Below, one piece after another: positions 16,928-28,057 of a stretch of 64,000 nt of DNA. The notes beneath the pieces were generated by a model. The model did not search any database and was not told where the DNA came from. It was given only the letters and a program-made list of their open reading frames with translations. How positions within the stretch are numbered: position 1 is the first letter of the stretch; each line of letters begins with the position of its first letter. This DNA is from Dehalococcoidia bacterium. Lineage in GTDB: Bacteria > Chloroflexota > Dehalococcoidia > DSTF01 > RBG-16-68-14. The position numbers were made by a program, and so were the translations under genes. Where the stretch lies: NCBI GenBank assembly GCA_040882355.1, contig JBBEBM010000059.1, positions 1-64,000 on the forward strand. Reading direction: 5' to 3'.

Positions 16928-19459
16928 CTAACGCCTGGATGACCCGCCCATGACGTCCTCGATGAAGGCTTCGATCGCTTGATAGACCTCCTCTGCGAAT
17001 AGCGCGCCCGCGCTGCCTTCGGTGATCAGCAACCTGCTAGCAGTGATCTGGTCGTGGAGCAGGTTCGCCGCTTCGACCGGGATATAAGTGTTATCCGGAT
17101 CGTGGACGATGAGTGTGGGGACGCCAACGCGTCCGAGGACCGATCGGGCGTCCGCTGCGGCGAAGGCGCCCAGGATCTTCGACCAGACCGGCTGCGGCAC
17201 GCGGCGCAGCACTTCCGCGATCGCCCGCGCCTCGTCAGGGTCGTGTCTGGTGCCGGCGAGCTGCGACGCCGCCCGCTCGCGGTCGAGGGCGTCGATGCGG
17301 AGGAAGGGTTCGAGGGCCTGGGGGTTGATGCCGAAGGCGAAGTCGCTTGAGCTGACCAGCTTGGGCGTCGTGCCTACGAGCACGAGCCCGGCCACGCGTT
17401 CCGGATACTGGGCGGCGAAGGTGATGGCAAGCGGGCCTCCGTCACTGGCGCCCCACACTACCGCTTGATCCGCGCCGGCAGCGTCGAGGACGGCTCGTAT
17501 GTCCTCGACGCTGCCGGTCAGGCTGTAACCTCGTTCCGGGGCGTCGGAGGAGCCAACGCCCCGCCTGTCGTAGAGCGCGACGCGGCAGCGCCTGCTCATG
17601 CGTTCCCAGGCCGCGGCAACGTTGCGCTGGCGGAAGGCGACCGCCGGGCAGTTGGTCAGACCCACCGCCATGAGGTACGGTCCGGTCGATCCCAGCACCT
17701 CGTAGGCCAGCTTCACCTCGCCGCTCTCGGCATAGCGGAGCGATTGTTGATGCAGGTGGAGCCTTCGCGCTTCCGTGTGGTCGCTGTAGAGCGATTCGCG
17801 GAGGAGGCGCTGGCGGAACCCGTATCGGCCCGCGGCTCCGGGTATCTCCGATAGGACTTGGACGCGGACCGCCTCCTCCATGAGCTCCAGCGCCTCGGTA
17901 TGCGTCGACCCTGAGGCTCGCTCCAGCGTCTCGAGATCGAACTCGCGGCCGAGGACGGCGGCGACCGCGAGGAGCCGCGCGCACTGGCCTGACAGCGCCG
18001 ACAGCCGGACGCGCATGACCTCTCGCACGCTCTCTGGCACCGCTATCTGGTCCTCCGCGAGGTCCGTGGAAAGGCGGCCATCCCGCTGGTTGAGAGCGCC
18101 CAGATCCGCGAGGTCGCGTAGAAGCTCGATGATGAAGAAGGGATTCCCTTCGGTCTGCTGGTGGACTACGCTCACCAGCGAGCGACTCGCCTCCTGCGCT
18201 GCCCAGGAGCTGATCAGCGCGCGCACTTCCGCCTCGTCAAGCCTGCCAAGTGTGAGCCGTTCGACGACATGGTCCCGGCGCAGGTCCGCGAGCACGTCCG
18301 GCAGCATTCCAGAGCGAAGGTCTGGTTCGCGACAGGTCACGAGCACGAGCATCGGAAGAGGCTCGGGGGCGAGGAGCAGCCGGCGCAGCAGGAGCAGGGT
18401 CTCTTTGGCGGCCCAGTGGAGGTCGTCCAGTACGAGCAGGCATGGGCTGTCCCCGCAGATCGCTGCGATCAGGCCGGACACGCCGGCGAACACCTGCTGC
18501 GCGTCGCCGCCCGCAGTAGGCGGCCGCGCTGTCGTCGACTCGGGCAGGCGGCCGGTTAGCTCAGAGATAAGCCGGCCCAGCTCCTCGTCACCCGCGCGGG
18601 CCAGCGCCTGCAGCCGGTTCGCCGGGCAGGCCGAGACGTAGGATCCGAGTGCCTGGAGCAGAGGTTCCCGGTCGTCGAGGGGCCGCTCATGGCACCGGGC
18701 GTACAGGACGGCGGCGCCGCGGTCGTGTTGGCGTCGCGCGAACTCCGCGGCGAGGCGGGTCTTGCCGATGCCGTCGTCGCCGGTGAGTGCGAGGAGACTG
18801 CGGCGGCCTGCCCGCGCCAGTTCCCACGCGTCCCCGAGCCGGTCGAGCTCCCGCTCGCGGCCGACGAAGCGGATCCAGGTCGCACGATCGAGCGGCGCCG
18901 GGAGGGGTGGCCGCGCGGCGTCACGCTCGACCGCGGGCTGCCAGGCTACCTCGCAGGCGGCGACCGGCTCGGCGAGGCCCTTGAGCGAGAGCGGGCCGAG
19001 CGCGCGGTACGCGTGGCCTCCGCGCGCGCCGACCAGCGCTCGCACCAGCTCAGAGGCCAGGATCTGCCCGCCCTCCGCGCTGTCGCACAATCGCCGCGCG
19101 ATGACGGGAGGCTTCCCGAAGTAGTCTTCCTCGTCCCGGATCGGGTCGCCGACGTGGAGGCCGATCCGCACGTGGAGACGCTGGTCTTCCGGCTGCTCCT
19201 CGTTGTGGCGAAAGACGGCCTGCTGCATCGCAACGGCGCAACCGACGGCGTCGACCGCGCCGGAGAAGACTGCCATTACGCCATCGCCCATCGTCTTGAC
19301 CTCGTGGCCGCTGGTCGCGGCCATCGCCTTCCGGAGCAGCCGGAAGTGTGTGCGGCGCAACTGCTCGTACTGATCGTCGCCCAGCCGGTCGAGCAGGGTG
19401 GTAGAGCCGACCAGATCGGTGAAGAGGAAGGTGACTGTACCGCCCGGCCGCTCAGTCAT
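16928..19459 (-). CDS. class III nucleotide cyclase - AAA/STAND-like NTPase - alpha/beta hydrolase fusion
   Basis: FTDLVGST, KTMGDG; FVGREREL, GDDGIGKT, LDDLHWA, GNPFF; YDRRGVGSSD, WGASDGG. Confidence 0.88.
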   Translation of the reverse strand: MTERPGGTVTFLFTDLVGSTTLLDRLGDDQYEQLRRTHFRLLRKAMAATSGHEVKTMGDGVMAVFSGAVDAVGCAVAMQQAVFRHNEEQPEDQRLHVRIGLHVGDPIRDEEDYFGKPPVIARRLCDSAEGGQILASELVRALVGARGGHAYRALGPLSLKGLAEPVAACEVAWQPAVERDAARPPLPAPLDRATWIRFVGRERELDRLGDAWELARAGRRSLLALTGDDGIGKTRLAAEFARRQHDRGAAVLYARCHERPLDDREPLLQALGSYVSACPANRLQALARAGDEELGRLISELTGRLPESTTARPPTAGGDAQQVFAGVSGLIAAICGDSPCLLVLDDLHWAAKETLLLLRRLLLAPEPLPMLVLVTCREPDLRSGMLPDVLADLRRDHVVERLTLGRLDEAEVRALISSWAAQEASRSLVSVVHQQTEGNPFFIIELLRDLADLGALNQRDGRLSTDLAEDQIAVPESVREVMRVRLSALSGQCARLLAVAAVLGREFDLETLERASGSTHTEALELMEEAVRVQVLSEIPGAAGRYGFRQRLLRESLYSDHTEARRLHLHQQSLRYAESGEVKLAYEVLGSTGPYLMAVGLTNCPAVAFRQRNVAAAWERMSRRCRVALYDRRGVGSSDAPERGYSLTGSVEDIRAVLDAAGADQAVVWGASDGGPLAITFAAQYPERVAGLVLVGTTPKLVSSSDFAFGINPQALEPFLRIDALDRERAASQLAGTRHDPDEARAIAEVLRRVPQPVWSKILGAFAAADARSVLGRVGVPTLIVHDPDNTYIPVEAANLLHDQITASRLLITEGSAGALFAEEVYQAIEAFIEDVMGGSSRR

Positions 19460-19756
19460 TGGACCGCGTCGCTCCTCCAGCGTGCCCGCTTGTTGTGTTA
19501 GGCGTCCAGACGTTTCCGGAACCCTGCTGGCCGCTGTCTAAGCTCTCGCTGGCAGATTGAGACCCCATATCCGCCTCGAGCGCGCTCCAGGATACCACGC
19601 CCAACGGTTGTGGTGCGGCGGATGCCACTGCGCCGCGCGTCGCCGTGCGCGCCTGCTTCGCATCGACCTGTTGGGAGATGGGCTTTCCGCCTTCAGGCGA
19701 ATGCCGATTGGCGTCAGCGTTCCGACTATCAAAGACGAAAGGGCTTGCGGCTGGGA

Positions 19757-21970
19757 ATGAGCAACGCTGTGTTTTCTAGTCTACGCGCGCGCCTGGTGGC
19801 GCTCGTGCTGATCGCGGTGGTACCAGCCTTCGCGGTAATCCTCTATACCGGTATTGAGCAACGCGCCAATGACCGGGACAAGGCGGAGCAGGACGCCCTG
19901 CGATTGGTGGAGCTGACCGCCGCGCAGGAGGGGCAGTTCATTGAGGGCGGACGGCAACTGCTCTCCGGCCTTGCCCTGATACCTGAGATTCGCAGTCACG
20001 ACGCGGCTGGCTGCGCCGCGCTGTTGAGTCAGTTGGTAGCCGAAGAGCCGCGATACAGCGGCCTGGCTGCGGCCGATGCAAACGGCGACGCCTTCTGTAT
20101 CGCGCCGCCCGCGCCGGCGCCCGTGAACATCTCCGACCGCCTGTACTTCCAGCGCGCCATGCAGTCGAAGGACTTCGCGGTGGGCGAGTACGTCATCGGT
20201 CGGGCCTCGGGCAAGCCAACCCTCGGTCTTGGCTATCCCATATTCGACGCTGATGGCGGCCTGAAGACCTTCTTGGTTGCGTCAGTGGACTTGGCCTGGT
20301 TGAACGACCTGGCTGCTGAGGTGGACCTGCCTGACGGGGCGGCGCTGACGATCATCGATGGGCAAGGGACTGTGCTTGCCCGCTACCCGGAATTGGACAG
20401 CGTTGTGGGACGGCCCCTTCCGGTAACGCCGCTCGCTCAGGCCATTCTGGCTGAGGGGACGGGCACAACACAGGCGTCGGGCATCGACGGAGTCGAACGG
20501 CTCTACGCTTTCGCTCCCCTGGGTGACGCGTCGCAGGCGGGCGCATACGTGAGCGTTGGTATCTCGACGGATGCGGCGTTTGCGAATGCGAACAGCGTGC
20601 TCCTGCGCAACCTGATCGCGCTGGCCGGCGTCGCGGTGCTTGCGCTGATGGCAGCCTGGGCGGTGGGCGACCTGTTCATCGTGCGGAACATTCGCGGCCT
20701 CATCGCGGCAGCGGCGCGCCTGGGCGCGGGAGACCTGACAGCGCGCGCGATGCGGCCGCACAGGACGGGAGAGCTTGGCCAACTGGCGCTCGCCTTCAAC
20801 GACATGGCAGGAAACCTGGAGGTCCGCGAACGCGAACGGGCGGAAGCGGGCCAGGCCTTGCGCAAGAGCGAAGAGCGTTTTCGTTCGCTTGTGGAGCAGC
20901 TCGCCGACGGGCTGGTGGCTGTCGATCGCGAGGGCAGCATCACCATGATGAATGCGGCAGCCCAGGGGATGTTTGGCTACGATTCCGACGAGGTCCTGGG
21001 CCAACCAATCGAGCTCCTGTTGCCGGAACAGGCGGGCCAGGCCCATGTCGCGCACCGCAATGGGTACATGGGAGAACGGACTCCGCGTCCGATGGGTACC
21101 GGGCTTGACCTGCGCGGGCGTCGCAAGGACGGCAGCGAGTTTCCCGTCGCGATTAGCCTGACACCGCTCGAAACAGGCGATGGTCCGCTGGTAGCCGCCA
21201 CGGTGACGGACATGACACAGCGAAAGGAGGCGGAGGACCAGCTCCAGAGGGCGATGGATGAGCTGACCCGCTCGAATATGGAGCTGGAACAGTTCGCCTA
21301 CGTGGCCTCGCACGACCTGCAGGAGCCTCTGCGCATGGTATCGAACTACACGCAGCTCCTGGCGCGCCGCTACGGGGACCAGCTCGACGAAGCAGCACAC
21401 GAGTTCATCGCCTATGCGGCGGACGGCGCCACGCGCATGCAGCAGTTGATCGATGACCTGCTCGCCTTCTCGCGCGTTGGCACTCGAGGGAAGGAGTTCG
21501 CTCCGACGGACTGCGAAGCGGTGCTGGAGCGGACGCTCGACAACCTGAGACCGTCCATCGAGGGGGCAGGCGCGACGGTGACGCACGATGCGCTGCCCAC
21601 CATCCCGGCGGACGGCGTGCAGGTGGGTCAGGTCTTTCAGAACCTGATCACGAACGCGATCAAGTTTCGAGGCGTGGAGCCGCCGCGAGTCCACATCTCG
21701 GCGAAGCAGCAGGCCCAGGAGTGGCTCTTTGCGGTGACGGACAACGGCATTGGTATCGATCCAGAGTATGCGGAGCGGGTGTTCGTGATCTTCCAGCGGC
21801 TGCACGGGCGCGAAGAGTACCCGGGCACCGGCATTGGCCTCTCCGTCTGCAAGAAGGTTGTGGAGCGGCATGGCGGGCGCATCTGGGTGGAGCCGGCGCC
21901 GGACGGCGGCGCAACATTCGCTTTCACGGTGCCGGCGAGACACGAGGTCGCTGAGCTAGCCGCCGCTTAG
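19757..21970 (+). CDS. sensor histidine kinase (dCache-like, HAMP, PAS, Cph1-type kinase core)
   Basis: Two TMs, HAMP ([13 protein letters not shown]), PAS ([10 protein letters not shown]), [25 protein letters not shown]. Confidence 0.93.
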   Translation: MSNAVFSSLRARLVALVLIAVVPAFAVILYTGIEQRANDRDKAEQDALRLVELTAAQEGQFIEGGRQLLSGLALIPEIRSHDAAGCAALLSQLVAEEPRYSGLAAADANGDAFCIAPPAPAPVNISDRLYFQRAMQSKDFAVGEYVIGRASGKPTLGLGYPIFDADGGLKTFLVASVDLAWLNDLAAEVDLPDGAALTIIDGQGTVLARYPELDSVVGRPLPVTPLAQAILAEGTGTTQASGIDGVERLYAFAPLGDASQAGAYVSVGISTDAAFANANSVLLRNLIALAGVAVLALMAAWAVGDLFIVRNIRGLIAAAARLGAGDLTARAMRPHRTGELGQLALAFNDMAGNLEVRERERAEAGQALRKSEERFRSLVEQLADGLVAVDREGSITMMNAAAQGMFGYDSDEVLGQPIELLLPEQAGQAHVAHRNGYMGERTPRPMGTGLDLRGRRKDGSEFPVAISLTPLETGDGPLVAATVTDMTQRKEAEDQLQRAMDELTRSNMELEQFAYVASHDLQEPLRMVSNYTQLLARRYGDQLDEAAHEFIAYAADGATRMQQLIDDLLAFSRVGTRGKEFAPTDCEAVLERTLDNLRPSIEGAGATVTHDALPTIPADGVQVGQVFQNLITNAIKFRGVEPPRVHISAKQQAQEWLFAVTDNGIGIDPEYAERVFVIFQRLHGREEYPGTGIGLSVCKKVVERHGGRIWVEPAPDGGATFAFTVPARHEVAELAAA

Positions 21971-21987
21971 GGGGCAGGGGAGGAGCG

Positions 21988-22452
21988 ATGACGACAGTGG
22001 CAATGCTTGGCAGGCCGGCGGAGATCCTGCTGGTGGAAGACAACCTGGGCGACGTCCGGCTGACCGAGGAGGCGTTGAGGGAGAGCAAGGTAAGCAACCG
22101 GCTGAGCGTTGCGCGCGACGGCGTGGAGGCGCTGGCCTTTGTTCGCCGCGAAGGAGGCTTCGCGGAAGCGCCTAAGCCGGACTTAATCCTGCTGGACCTG
22201 AACCTGCCGAGGAAGGACGGTCGTGAAGTGCTGGCCGAACTGAAGGCCGATGAATGGTTGCGGAAGATCCCGGTGGTGATCTTGACGACCTCGAAGGCAG
22301 AGGAAGACGTGCTCAAGAGCTACCGCCTGCATGCCAACTGCTACATCACAAAGCCGGTCGACTTCGAGCAGTTCATCGACGTCGTGCAGTCCATCGAGGA
22401 CTTCTGGCTGTGCATCGTCAAACTGCCTTTGGAGGGTGCCAATGGAAAGTAA
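21988..22452 (+). CDS. single-domain response regulator, Rcp1-like
   Basis: [32 protein letters not shown]. Confidence 0.93.
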   Translation: MTTVAMLGRPAEILLVEDNLGDVRLTEEALRESKVSNRLSVARDGVEALAFVRREGGFAEAPKPDLILLDLNLPRKDGREVLAELKADEWLRKIPVVILTTSKAEEDVLKSYRLHANCYITKPVDFEQFIDVVQSIEDFWLCIVKLPLEGANGK

Positions 22453-23587
22453 CGCGATTCGCGTCCTGCTCGTCGAGGACAATCCCGGAGACGCCCGCCT
22501 GATCCGTGAGATGTTGGGCGATGCGCGCGGAATTGACCTATCGCTGGAGGAGGTGGACAGGCTGGAGACCGGCCTCGATCGCCTCAAGTCCGATCACGTC
22601 GATGTGGTCTTGCTTGACCTCGGGCTGCCCGACGGCAACGGGCTGGAGACGGTGATCCGCACGCAGCAGCAGGCGCCCGGCGTCCCGATCGTGGTGCTGA
22701 CCGGTCTGGATGACGAAGTCGTTGCGCTGGATGCGGTGCATGCCGGCGCCCAGGACTACCTGGTGAAAGGAGAGATCGAAAGCAGCCCGCTGGCACGAGC
22801 TATCCGCTACGCCATTGAGCGTAAGCAGGTAGAGGAGGACCTGAGGCGGGCGATCGCTGAGCTGGAGCGAAAGACGGAGCTACTGGAATCGTTCACCTAC
22901 AGCGTCTCCCACGACCTGAAAGAACCGCTGCGAACGATTGAGGCGTTCAGCCAGTTCTTGCTTGAGGACTCGGCGGACCGGCTTGACGAGCAAGGCCGCG
23001 ACTACTTGCAGCGCCTGACCCAGGCCAGCGCGCGCATGAAGCGCCAGATCGAGGAGCTGCTGACGCTCTCCGCGATCGATAGACAGCCGGCTGCGGAAGG
23101 GCGCGTGAGCGTGAGCCACGCCGTGGCGGAGACACTGGAGGGCATGCGCTTCGTGCTCGATCAGCGGAAGGCGCGCGTCGTGGTGGAGAACGAACTGCCC
23201 GACGTGCAAGGCGATGAGGTCTGGATCCAGCAGATCGTGGGCAACCTGATCAGCAACGCGCTGAAGTTCAACGAGAGTGAGGAGCCGTTCGTGCAGATAG
23301 GTGTGCGCGACATGACGCCCAAGACCGCAACGTTCTACGTGCGCGACAACGGCATAGGAATCGACCCGGAGTACCACGAGCGGATCTTCGGGGTATTCCA
23401 GCGCCTCCACCGCCGCGAGCAGTACGACGGTACCGGCGCCGGCTTGACGATTGCGAGGCGGGCCGTCGAGGCGATGGGAGGGCGGGTCTGGGTGGAGTCA
23501 CAAGCCGGCGCGGGTGCGGTGTTCCTTTTCTCGTTGCCGCTCTGGACAGAGACGACTGCGCACCTGACGACGGCGATGGCCGCCTAA
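22442..23587 (+). CDS. hybrid receiver-histidine kinase
   Basis: [40 protein letters not shown]; start moved to ATG 22442. Confidence 0.92.
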   Translation: MESNAIRVLLVEDNPGDARLIREMLGDARGIDLSLEEVDRLETGLDRLKSDHVDVVLLDLGLPDGNGLETVIRTQQQAPGVPIVVLTGLDDEVVALDAVHAGAQDYLVKGEIESSPLARAIRYAIERKQVEEDLRRAIAELERKTELLESFTYSVSHDLKEPLRTIEAFSQFLLEDSADRLDEQGRDYLQRLTQASARMKRQIEELLTLSAIDRQPAAEGRVSVSHAVAETLEGMRFVLDQRKARVVVENELPDVQGDEVWIQQIVGNLISNALKFNESEEPFVQIGVRDMTPKTATFYVRDNGIGIDPEYHERIFGVFQRLHRREQYDGTGAGLTIARRAVEAMGGRVWVESQAGAGAVFLFSLPLWTETTAHLTTAMAA

Positions 23588-23601
23588 GGGAAGGGAATGT
23601 T

Positions 23602-24051
23602 GTGCAGGAGTACCGGCCAATTCAGATCCTCCTGGTGGAGGACAACTTGGACGATGTGACCATCCTACGCCGGGCGCTGGACCGGGCTCAAGTCCCCAGC
23701 GAGCTGCACCTGGTGCGGGACGGCGAGGAAGCCGTCAATCTCCTGTTCACGGGGCATGACGCTGAAGGGCGCGCGGCGCCCCGCCCGGACCTGGTGCTGC
23801 TGGACATCAACACGCCCCGCCTCAGCGGACTTGAGGTGCTCCAGCGTATCAAGGAAGACGATGAGCTGTGCACCCTGCCGGTGGTGATGCTCACCGTCTC
23901 CGCGCGTAACGAGGACGTGACGCGCGCTTACCGGTTGGGCGCCAACACGTACGTGCAGAAGCCCGTGGAGTTCAAGCAGTTCGTTCGCGTGCTCGAGGTA
24001 CTGGGGGAATATTGGTTTGAGGTGGCCAAGTTGCCACCGAAGGCGGGGTGA
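23602..24051 (+). CDS. single-domain response regulator, Rcp1-like
   Basis: [28 protein letters not shown]. Confidence 0.92.
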   Translation: MQEYRPIQILLVEDNLDDVTILRRALDRAQVPSELHLVRDGEEAVNLLFTGHDAEGRAAPRPDLVLLDINTPRLSGLEVLQRIKEDDELCTLPVVMLTVSARNEDVTRAYRLGANTYVQKPVEFKQFVRVLEVLGEYWFEVAKLPPKAG

Positions 24052-24066
24052 GGAGAGAGGATCGCG

Positions 24067-25041
24067 GTGTCTGAAGAAGCGGTTCAGGTACTGCTGGTTG
24101 AGGACAACGCCGATGATGTAGCGATCATCGGACGGATGCTCGCAGCCTTCAAGTACTCGGAACTCAAGATGCAGCATGCCACCTCCACGAAGGAGTGCGT
24201 GCAACGGCTGCGGCGGAACGGCATTGATCTGCTGCTGCTGGACTATGGCCTGCCCGGCGAAGATGGGCTGACCTTCCTTCGGCGGCTGACGGCCCGCCAC
24301 GACGCGCCGCCGGTGATCATCCTGACCGGGCAGGGCGACGAACGGATCGCGGTCGAAGCGATCCGCGAGGGAGCCTTCGATTACTTCCCAAAGAGCGCAG
24401 TCTCGCCCCAATTGCTTGGCGAAGCCATCTACCGGGCTGTGCGGCGTTTCCGCGAAGAAGAGGACCTGCGTCGCTATGACGAGCAGATCGTGTTTGCGCT
24501 GGCGGCTACGGCGGAGCGCAAGGATTCGACCAGCGGCGGCCACCTCCGGCGGATCGCGTATTACGCCGTCCGGGTCGGCCAGGAATTGGGGCTGGACGAC
24601 CGCGACCTGACGCTGCTGCGCTACGGGGCGTTGCTGCATGACATCGGGAAGCTGATGGTGGACCAGGCCATGCTGCGCAAGCCAGGCAAGCTGACGAGCG
24701 ACGAGTGGGACGAGATCAGGCAGCATCCCATCGTGGGCGAGCGGATGTGCGCGCCGCTGACGCTGGGGCGAGAGATCGGTCCCATCGTCCGGCATCACCA
24801 CGAGCGTTGGGACGGGGGCGGCTACGTCGATGCGCTGAAGGGAGATGCCATCCCGTTTCTCGCGCGAATCATCAGCGTCGCGGACGCCTACGATGCCATG
24901 TCGACCGACCGTCCGTACCGGCTGGCGCTGCCGCCGACGGAGGTCAAGTCGCGCCTATCGCAGGGCGCGGGAACGCAATGGGACCCGCGCATCGTGCGCG
25001 TCTTCCTGGACTCGCTTGACGCGCGGGGAGGCCGAGCATGA
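24067..25041 (+). CDS. response regulator with HD-GYP phosphodiesterase domain
   Basis: Receiver plus LLHDIGK, HHHERWDGGGYV, ADAYDAM..DRPYR. Confidence 0.92.
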   Translation: MSEEAVQVLLVEDNADDVAIIGRMLAAFKYSELKMQHATSTKECVQRLRRNGIDLLLLDYGLPGEDGLTFLRRLTARHDAPPVIILTGQGDERIAVEAIREGAFDYFPKSAVSPQLLGEAIYRAVRRFREEEDLRRYDEQIVFALAATAERKDSTSGGHLRRIAYYAVRVGQELGLDDRDLTLLRYGALLHDIGKLMVDQAMLRKPGKLTSDEWDEIRQHPIVGERMCAPLTLGREIGPIVRHHHERWDGGGYVDALKGDAIPFLARIISVADAYDAMSTDRPYRLALPPTEVKSRLSQGAGTQWDPRIVRVFLDSLDARGGRA

Positions 25042-25517
25042 CCCGGACGAACGTACTGAACACCAACATGCGCATTCTGGTCGTCGAGGACAGCGAGGTG
25101 GATATGGAGGTGCTGAAGCGCATGCTCGTGACCAGCCGCCTCTCGGTTTCGCTCGACGTCGCGCGAGACGGCCGCGAGGCGCTGGAGCTGCTCCTCCGGC
25201 GTGAAGGCGCTCGACCCCGTGCAGAAGGCAACCTGCCGAAGCTCATCCTGCTCGATCTGCGTCTGCCGGACATGGACGGCATTGAGCTGCTGCGCCGCAT
25301 CAAGCGGAGCCCCCGTCTCTACACCATCCCCGTGGCGATGCTCACGGGTGTCTCAGGCGAACGGCCGATGTTGGAGTGCATGGCCGCCGGCGCCAACATG
25401 TACTTCGAAAAGCCGATGACGATGGAGGACGCGCTGGCCGCCCTCACGACGGTCGAGACGTACTGGAAGGTAATCGCGAAGTTCATCGGCGGACGCACTA
25501 GGGGAGGAGAGCCTTGA
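25038..25517 (+). CDS. single-domain response regulator
   Basis: ILVVEDS, LLDLRLPDMDG, GANMYFEKP. Confidence 0.9.
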   Translation: MTRTNVLNTNMRILVVEDSEVDMEVLKRMLVTSRLSVSLDVARDGREALELLLRREGARPRAEGNLPKLILLDLRLPDMDGIELLRRIKRSPRLYTIPVAMLTGVSGERPMLECMAAGANMYFEKPMTMEDALAALTTVETYWKVIAKFIGGRTRGGEP

Positions 25518-25993
25518 GAATGCTGCTGATTGAGGACAACCCTGACGACGTGGCGGCCGTGGCCCGCTTGACGGCGACCAGCTCCGTGCCGGTCACCCTG
25601 ATGGTGGCGACCGATGGGCAGGAGGCGCTGGAGCGAGTACACCGCCACGACGACGACGCATCGGCGGCGGAGCTGATCCTGCTGGACATCCACCTGCCCG
25701 TCCTGGACGGCGTCGAGGTGCTGCAGCGGCTGGCCTCGGACGTTGCGCTGCGGGACGTTCCCGTGGTGATGCTCACGGGCTCCGAAGACGTGCAGGACAT
25801 CCGCCTGGGACAGGAGCTAGGCGCGAAGGGACACATCCTGAAGCCGATGAGCCAAGGCGACTTCACCTGGATTGTCGCGTCCGTGACGAACTACTGGAGG
25901 CGGCTGGCGAAGGCACCTGGAGAGTTGAAGAAGGGAGGGCGCCATGGTCTTGAGGCCCTTACACCCCGGAGCGACAACAGTCCTCATCGTTGA
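25514..25993 (+). CDS. single-domain response regulator
   Basis: LLIEDNPDD, LLDIHLPVLDG, LTGS, ILKP. Confidence 0.88.
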   Translation: MRMLLIEDNPDDVAAVARLTATSSVPVTLMVATDGQEALERVHRHDDDASAAELILLDIHLPVLDGVEVLQRLASDVALRDVPVVMLTGSEDVQDIRLGQELGAKGHILKPMSQGDFTWIVASVTNYWRRLAKAPGELKKGGRHGLEALTPRSDNSPHR

Positions 25994-26774
25994 GGACGAT
26001 CCGAACGACACCCTGCTGGAAGCGAGAGCGCTGGAGCGCTTCGGCATCAAGCAGATCCACGCGGTGGAGACCGCCGAGCAGGCGCTTGACGTGCTAGCCA
26101 AGGAGCCGCGCGACATTGTCCTCGTCGACTACAACCTGCCGGGCATGGACGGCCTGACCCTGCTGGAACGAATCCGAGAGCTACAACCCAATACGCGGTT
26201 GGTTGTGGTGACGGGTGTGCGAGACGAGCACCTAGTGGTTTCCGCCATGAAGGCCGGCGCGGTGGACTTCCTGTGCAAGGACGACCTGCTCACGTCCGGT
26301 ATCATCCGTTCGTTGCAGGCACTCCTGCGGGCGCGCGACGCGGAGAAGGAGGAGCGGCTGGCCGCTCCCGAAAGCAGCCACGTGCTGGAGAGCGCGATCA
26401 CCAACCTGGACTGGTTGCTGGAGTCGTTCTCTGGAGACGCCACCTTCTCAGGCAGGCTGACGGGTGGGCGGTACAACGACGATCTCTGGACCGGCGCTCT
26501 AGAGGCGCTCCTTCGATACGTTGATGAGGCGTTTCGCGTGTATCCGGACACGCCGAGGGCAGCGGAGAACCAGCTCATTCGGATGCTGGTTGGGCGAGGC
26601 TCCGCGCCGCTTGAGGTGCTGGTGCTCTATGGCGCGGCCCTGCGCTCCCTGCTCGCGGCGGGAGTCACGCCCCCCATGAGCCCGGGCGTCTGCCTGATCC
26701 GTCTGCTTGCCCGGCTCATGGAACAGTACCAGACCGAGCTTTCACTGGAGGCGGTAGCGCGACTGGAATCTTAG
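25944..26774 (+). CDS. response regulator with unrecognised helical C-terminal domain
   Basis: VLIVEDD, LVDYNLPGMDG, GAVDFLCK, followed by an unrecognised C-terminal half. Confidence 0.85.
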   Translation: MVLRPLHPGATTVLIVEDDPNDTLLEARALERFGIKQIHAVETAEQALDVLAKEPRDIVLVDYNLPGMDGLTLLERIRELQPNTRLVVVTGVRDEHLVVSAMKAGAVDFLCKDDLLTSGIIRSLQALLRARDAEKEERLAAPESSHVLESAITNLDWLLESFSGDATFSGRLTGGRYNDDLWTGALEALLRYVDEAFRVYPDTPRAAENQLIRMLVGRGSAPLEVLVLYGAALRSLLAAGVTPPMSPGVCLIRLLARLMEQYQTELSLEAVARLES

Positions 26775-27415
26775 CTGAGGCGCTGCTGGAACTCCGCCAG
26801 GCGCTTCTCCAGCTCGCGCTGGCGGACGGAGACCGTGAAGTCGCCGCGGGTGCGTTCCAGGATGCCCCGGACGGCGTCGGTCGTGCGACGGAGGCCGCCG
26901 GTCATGGCGTCCGGGTAGTCCAGGGTGACGAGCACGCTGTAGACGTCGTCCATGGCGGTGAGGACGTTTTCGCAGTGCTCGACGTCGCCGGCCCGCAGCT
27001 TGTCCAGCAGGTGACGGCGCAGCTCGCCGACGGCCTCACCCAGGCCGTTCAGGTAGGCGGGCAGCTCGACGCCCAGGGCTTCGGGCGCAGGCAGCGCGCG
27101 GCCCGCGATGATGGCCTGGGTGGCGCAGGCCTCCACATATTCCTTCTGCGCATCGTGGACGAAGCCGGCGTGGTAGATGTCCGGGTGGCCGCCCAAACTC
27201 TCCTTCGCCTGGCGCAGCAGCCCGCCGGCGCGCGCGATGAGCTCGTCGGCCTCCGCGAACCCCTCGCGGTGGACGGCGCGAATGGCGTTCGCGGAGTGGC
27301 GCAGCGCCTCGCGGCAGAGGGGGAGCGCCCGCTCGCGCGCCACGTGCTTATCGGCGTAGAGCGCCCGAACGCCGTCCATGATCGGTTCGAGCTGCTCTCC
27401 GACGGTGTCCATCAC
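26771..27415 (-). CDS. translin/TRAX-like protein
   Basis: AIRAVHR, AQKEYVEA, YLNGLGEAVGELRR, GLRRTTDAVRGILERTR. Confidence 0.8.
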   Translation of the reverse strand: MMDTVGEQLEPIMDGVRALYADKHVARERALPLCREALRHSANAIRAVHREGFAEADELIARAGGLLRQAKESLGGHPDIYHAGFVHDAQKEYVEACATQAIIAGRALPAPEALGVELPAYLNGLGEAVGELRRHLLDKLRAGDVEHCENVLTAMDDVYSVLVTLDYPDAMTGGLRRTTDAVRGILERTRGDFTVSVRQRELEKRLAEFQQRLS

Positions 27416-28053
27416 TCGTACTTCACCCAGTCCTGGTAGAGGATGACCGCGCTTGAGGGCTCGATCAGGTCGACGGCGGTTGGGAAGCTGGCGGCCGTCT
27501 CGCCGGGGATCACCCAGCGGCCGTCCACGAGCTGGAAGTCGATGCCGCGGACCGCGCGCCCGACGACGTTTTCGCGGTTGTGGACCGCCGTGATGAGCGC
27601 GGTGTGGACATCGCCGCCGTCGGTGGGCGACTCGGCCGGTCGGGCCGTGGCATAGAGACGCACAGAGCCCGGGCCGTAGTCGTCCACTTCGTCCGGTAGC
27701 GCTCCCTGGAAGAAGAGCCCGATTTCGTTGATCAGGTCGTCTTCGGTGGTGGTGTTGCCGGGCGCGCCGTAGTTGACGATGTAGACCTGGTTGAACTCGA
27801 AGCCCTCCTCCAGGCAGATCGGGTCGGCGGGGGCGTCCGGGCCGGTGCTCTCGGCGACCTCGTCCGCGGTGCAGGTGTGCGGCGTGCCCGCCACGCGGCC
27901 GGCGAAGAAGTCGACGTCGCCGTCTTCGGCGGCCTGAGCGACTTTCGCGGCGAACTCGGCGAAGTCCTCCGGGTCGCCGTCATCGCTGCTGCAGGCGGAT
28001 AGCCCGACCATCAACACGATGCCCAGCCCGGCGAGAACCAACCAGCGAGACAT
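27412..28053 (-). CDS. putative lipoprotein
   Basis: MSRWLVLAGLGIVLMVGLSAC lipobox; acidic mature region. Confidence 0.75.
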   Translation of the reverse strand: MSRWLVLAGLGIVLMVGLSACSSDDGDPEDFAEFAAKVAQAAEDGDVDFFAGRVAGTPHTCTADEVAESTGPDAPADPICLEEGFEFNQVYIVNYGAPGNTTTEDDLINEIGLFFQGALPDEVDDYGPGSVRLYATARPAESPTDGGDVHTALITAVHNRENVVGRAVRGIDFQLVDGRWVIPGETAASFPTAVDLIEPSSAVILYQDWVKYE

Positions 28054-28057
28054 GCTG

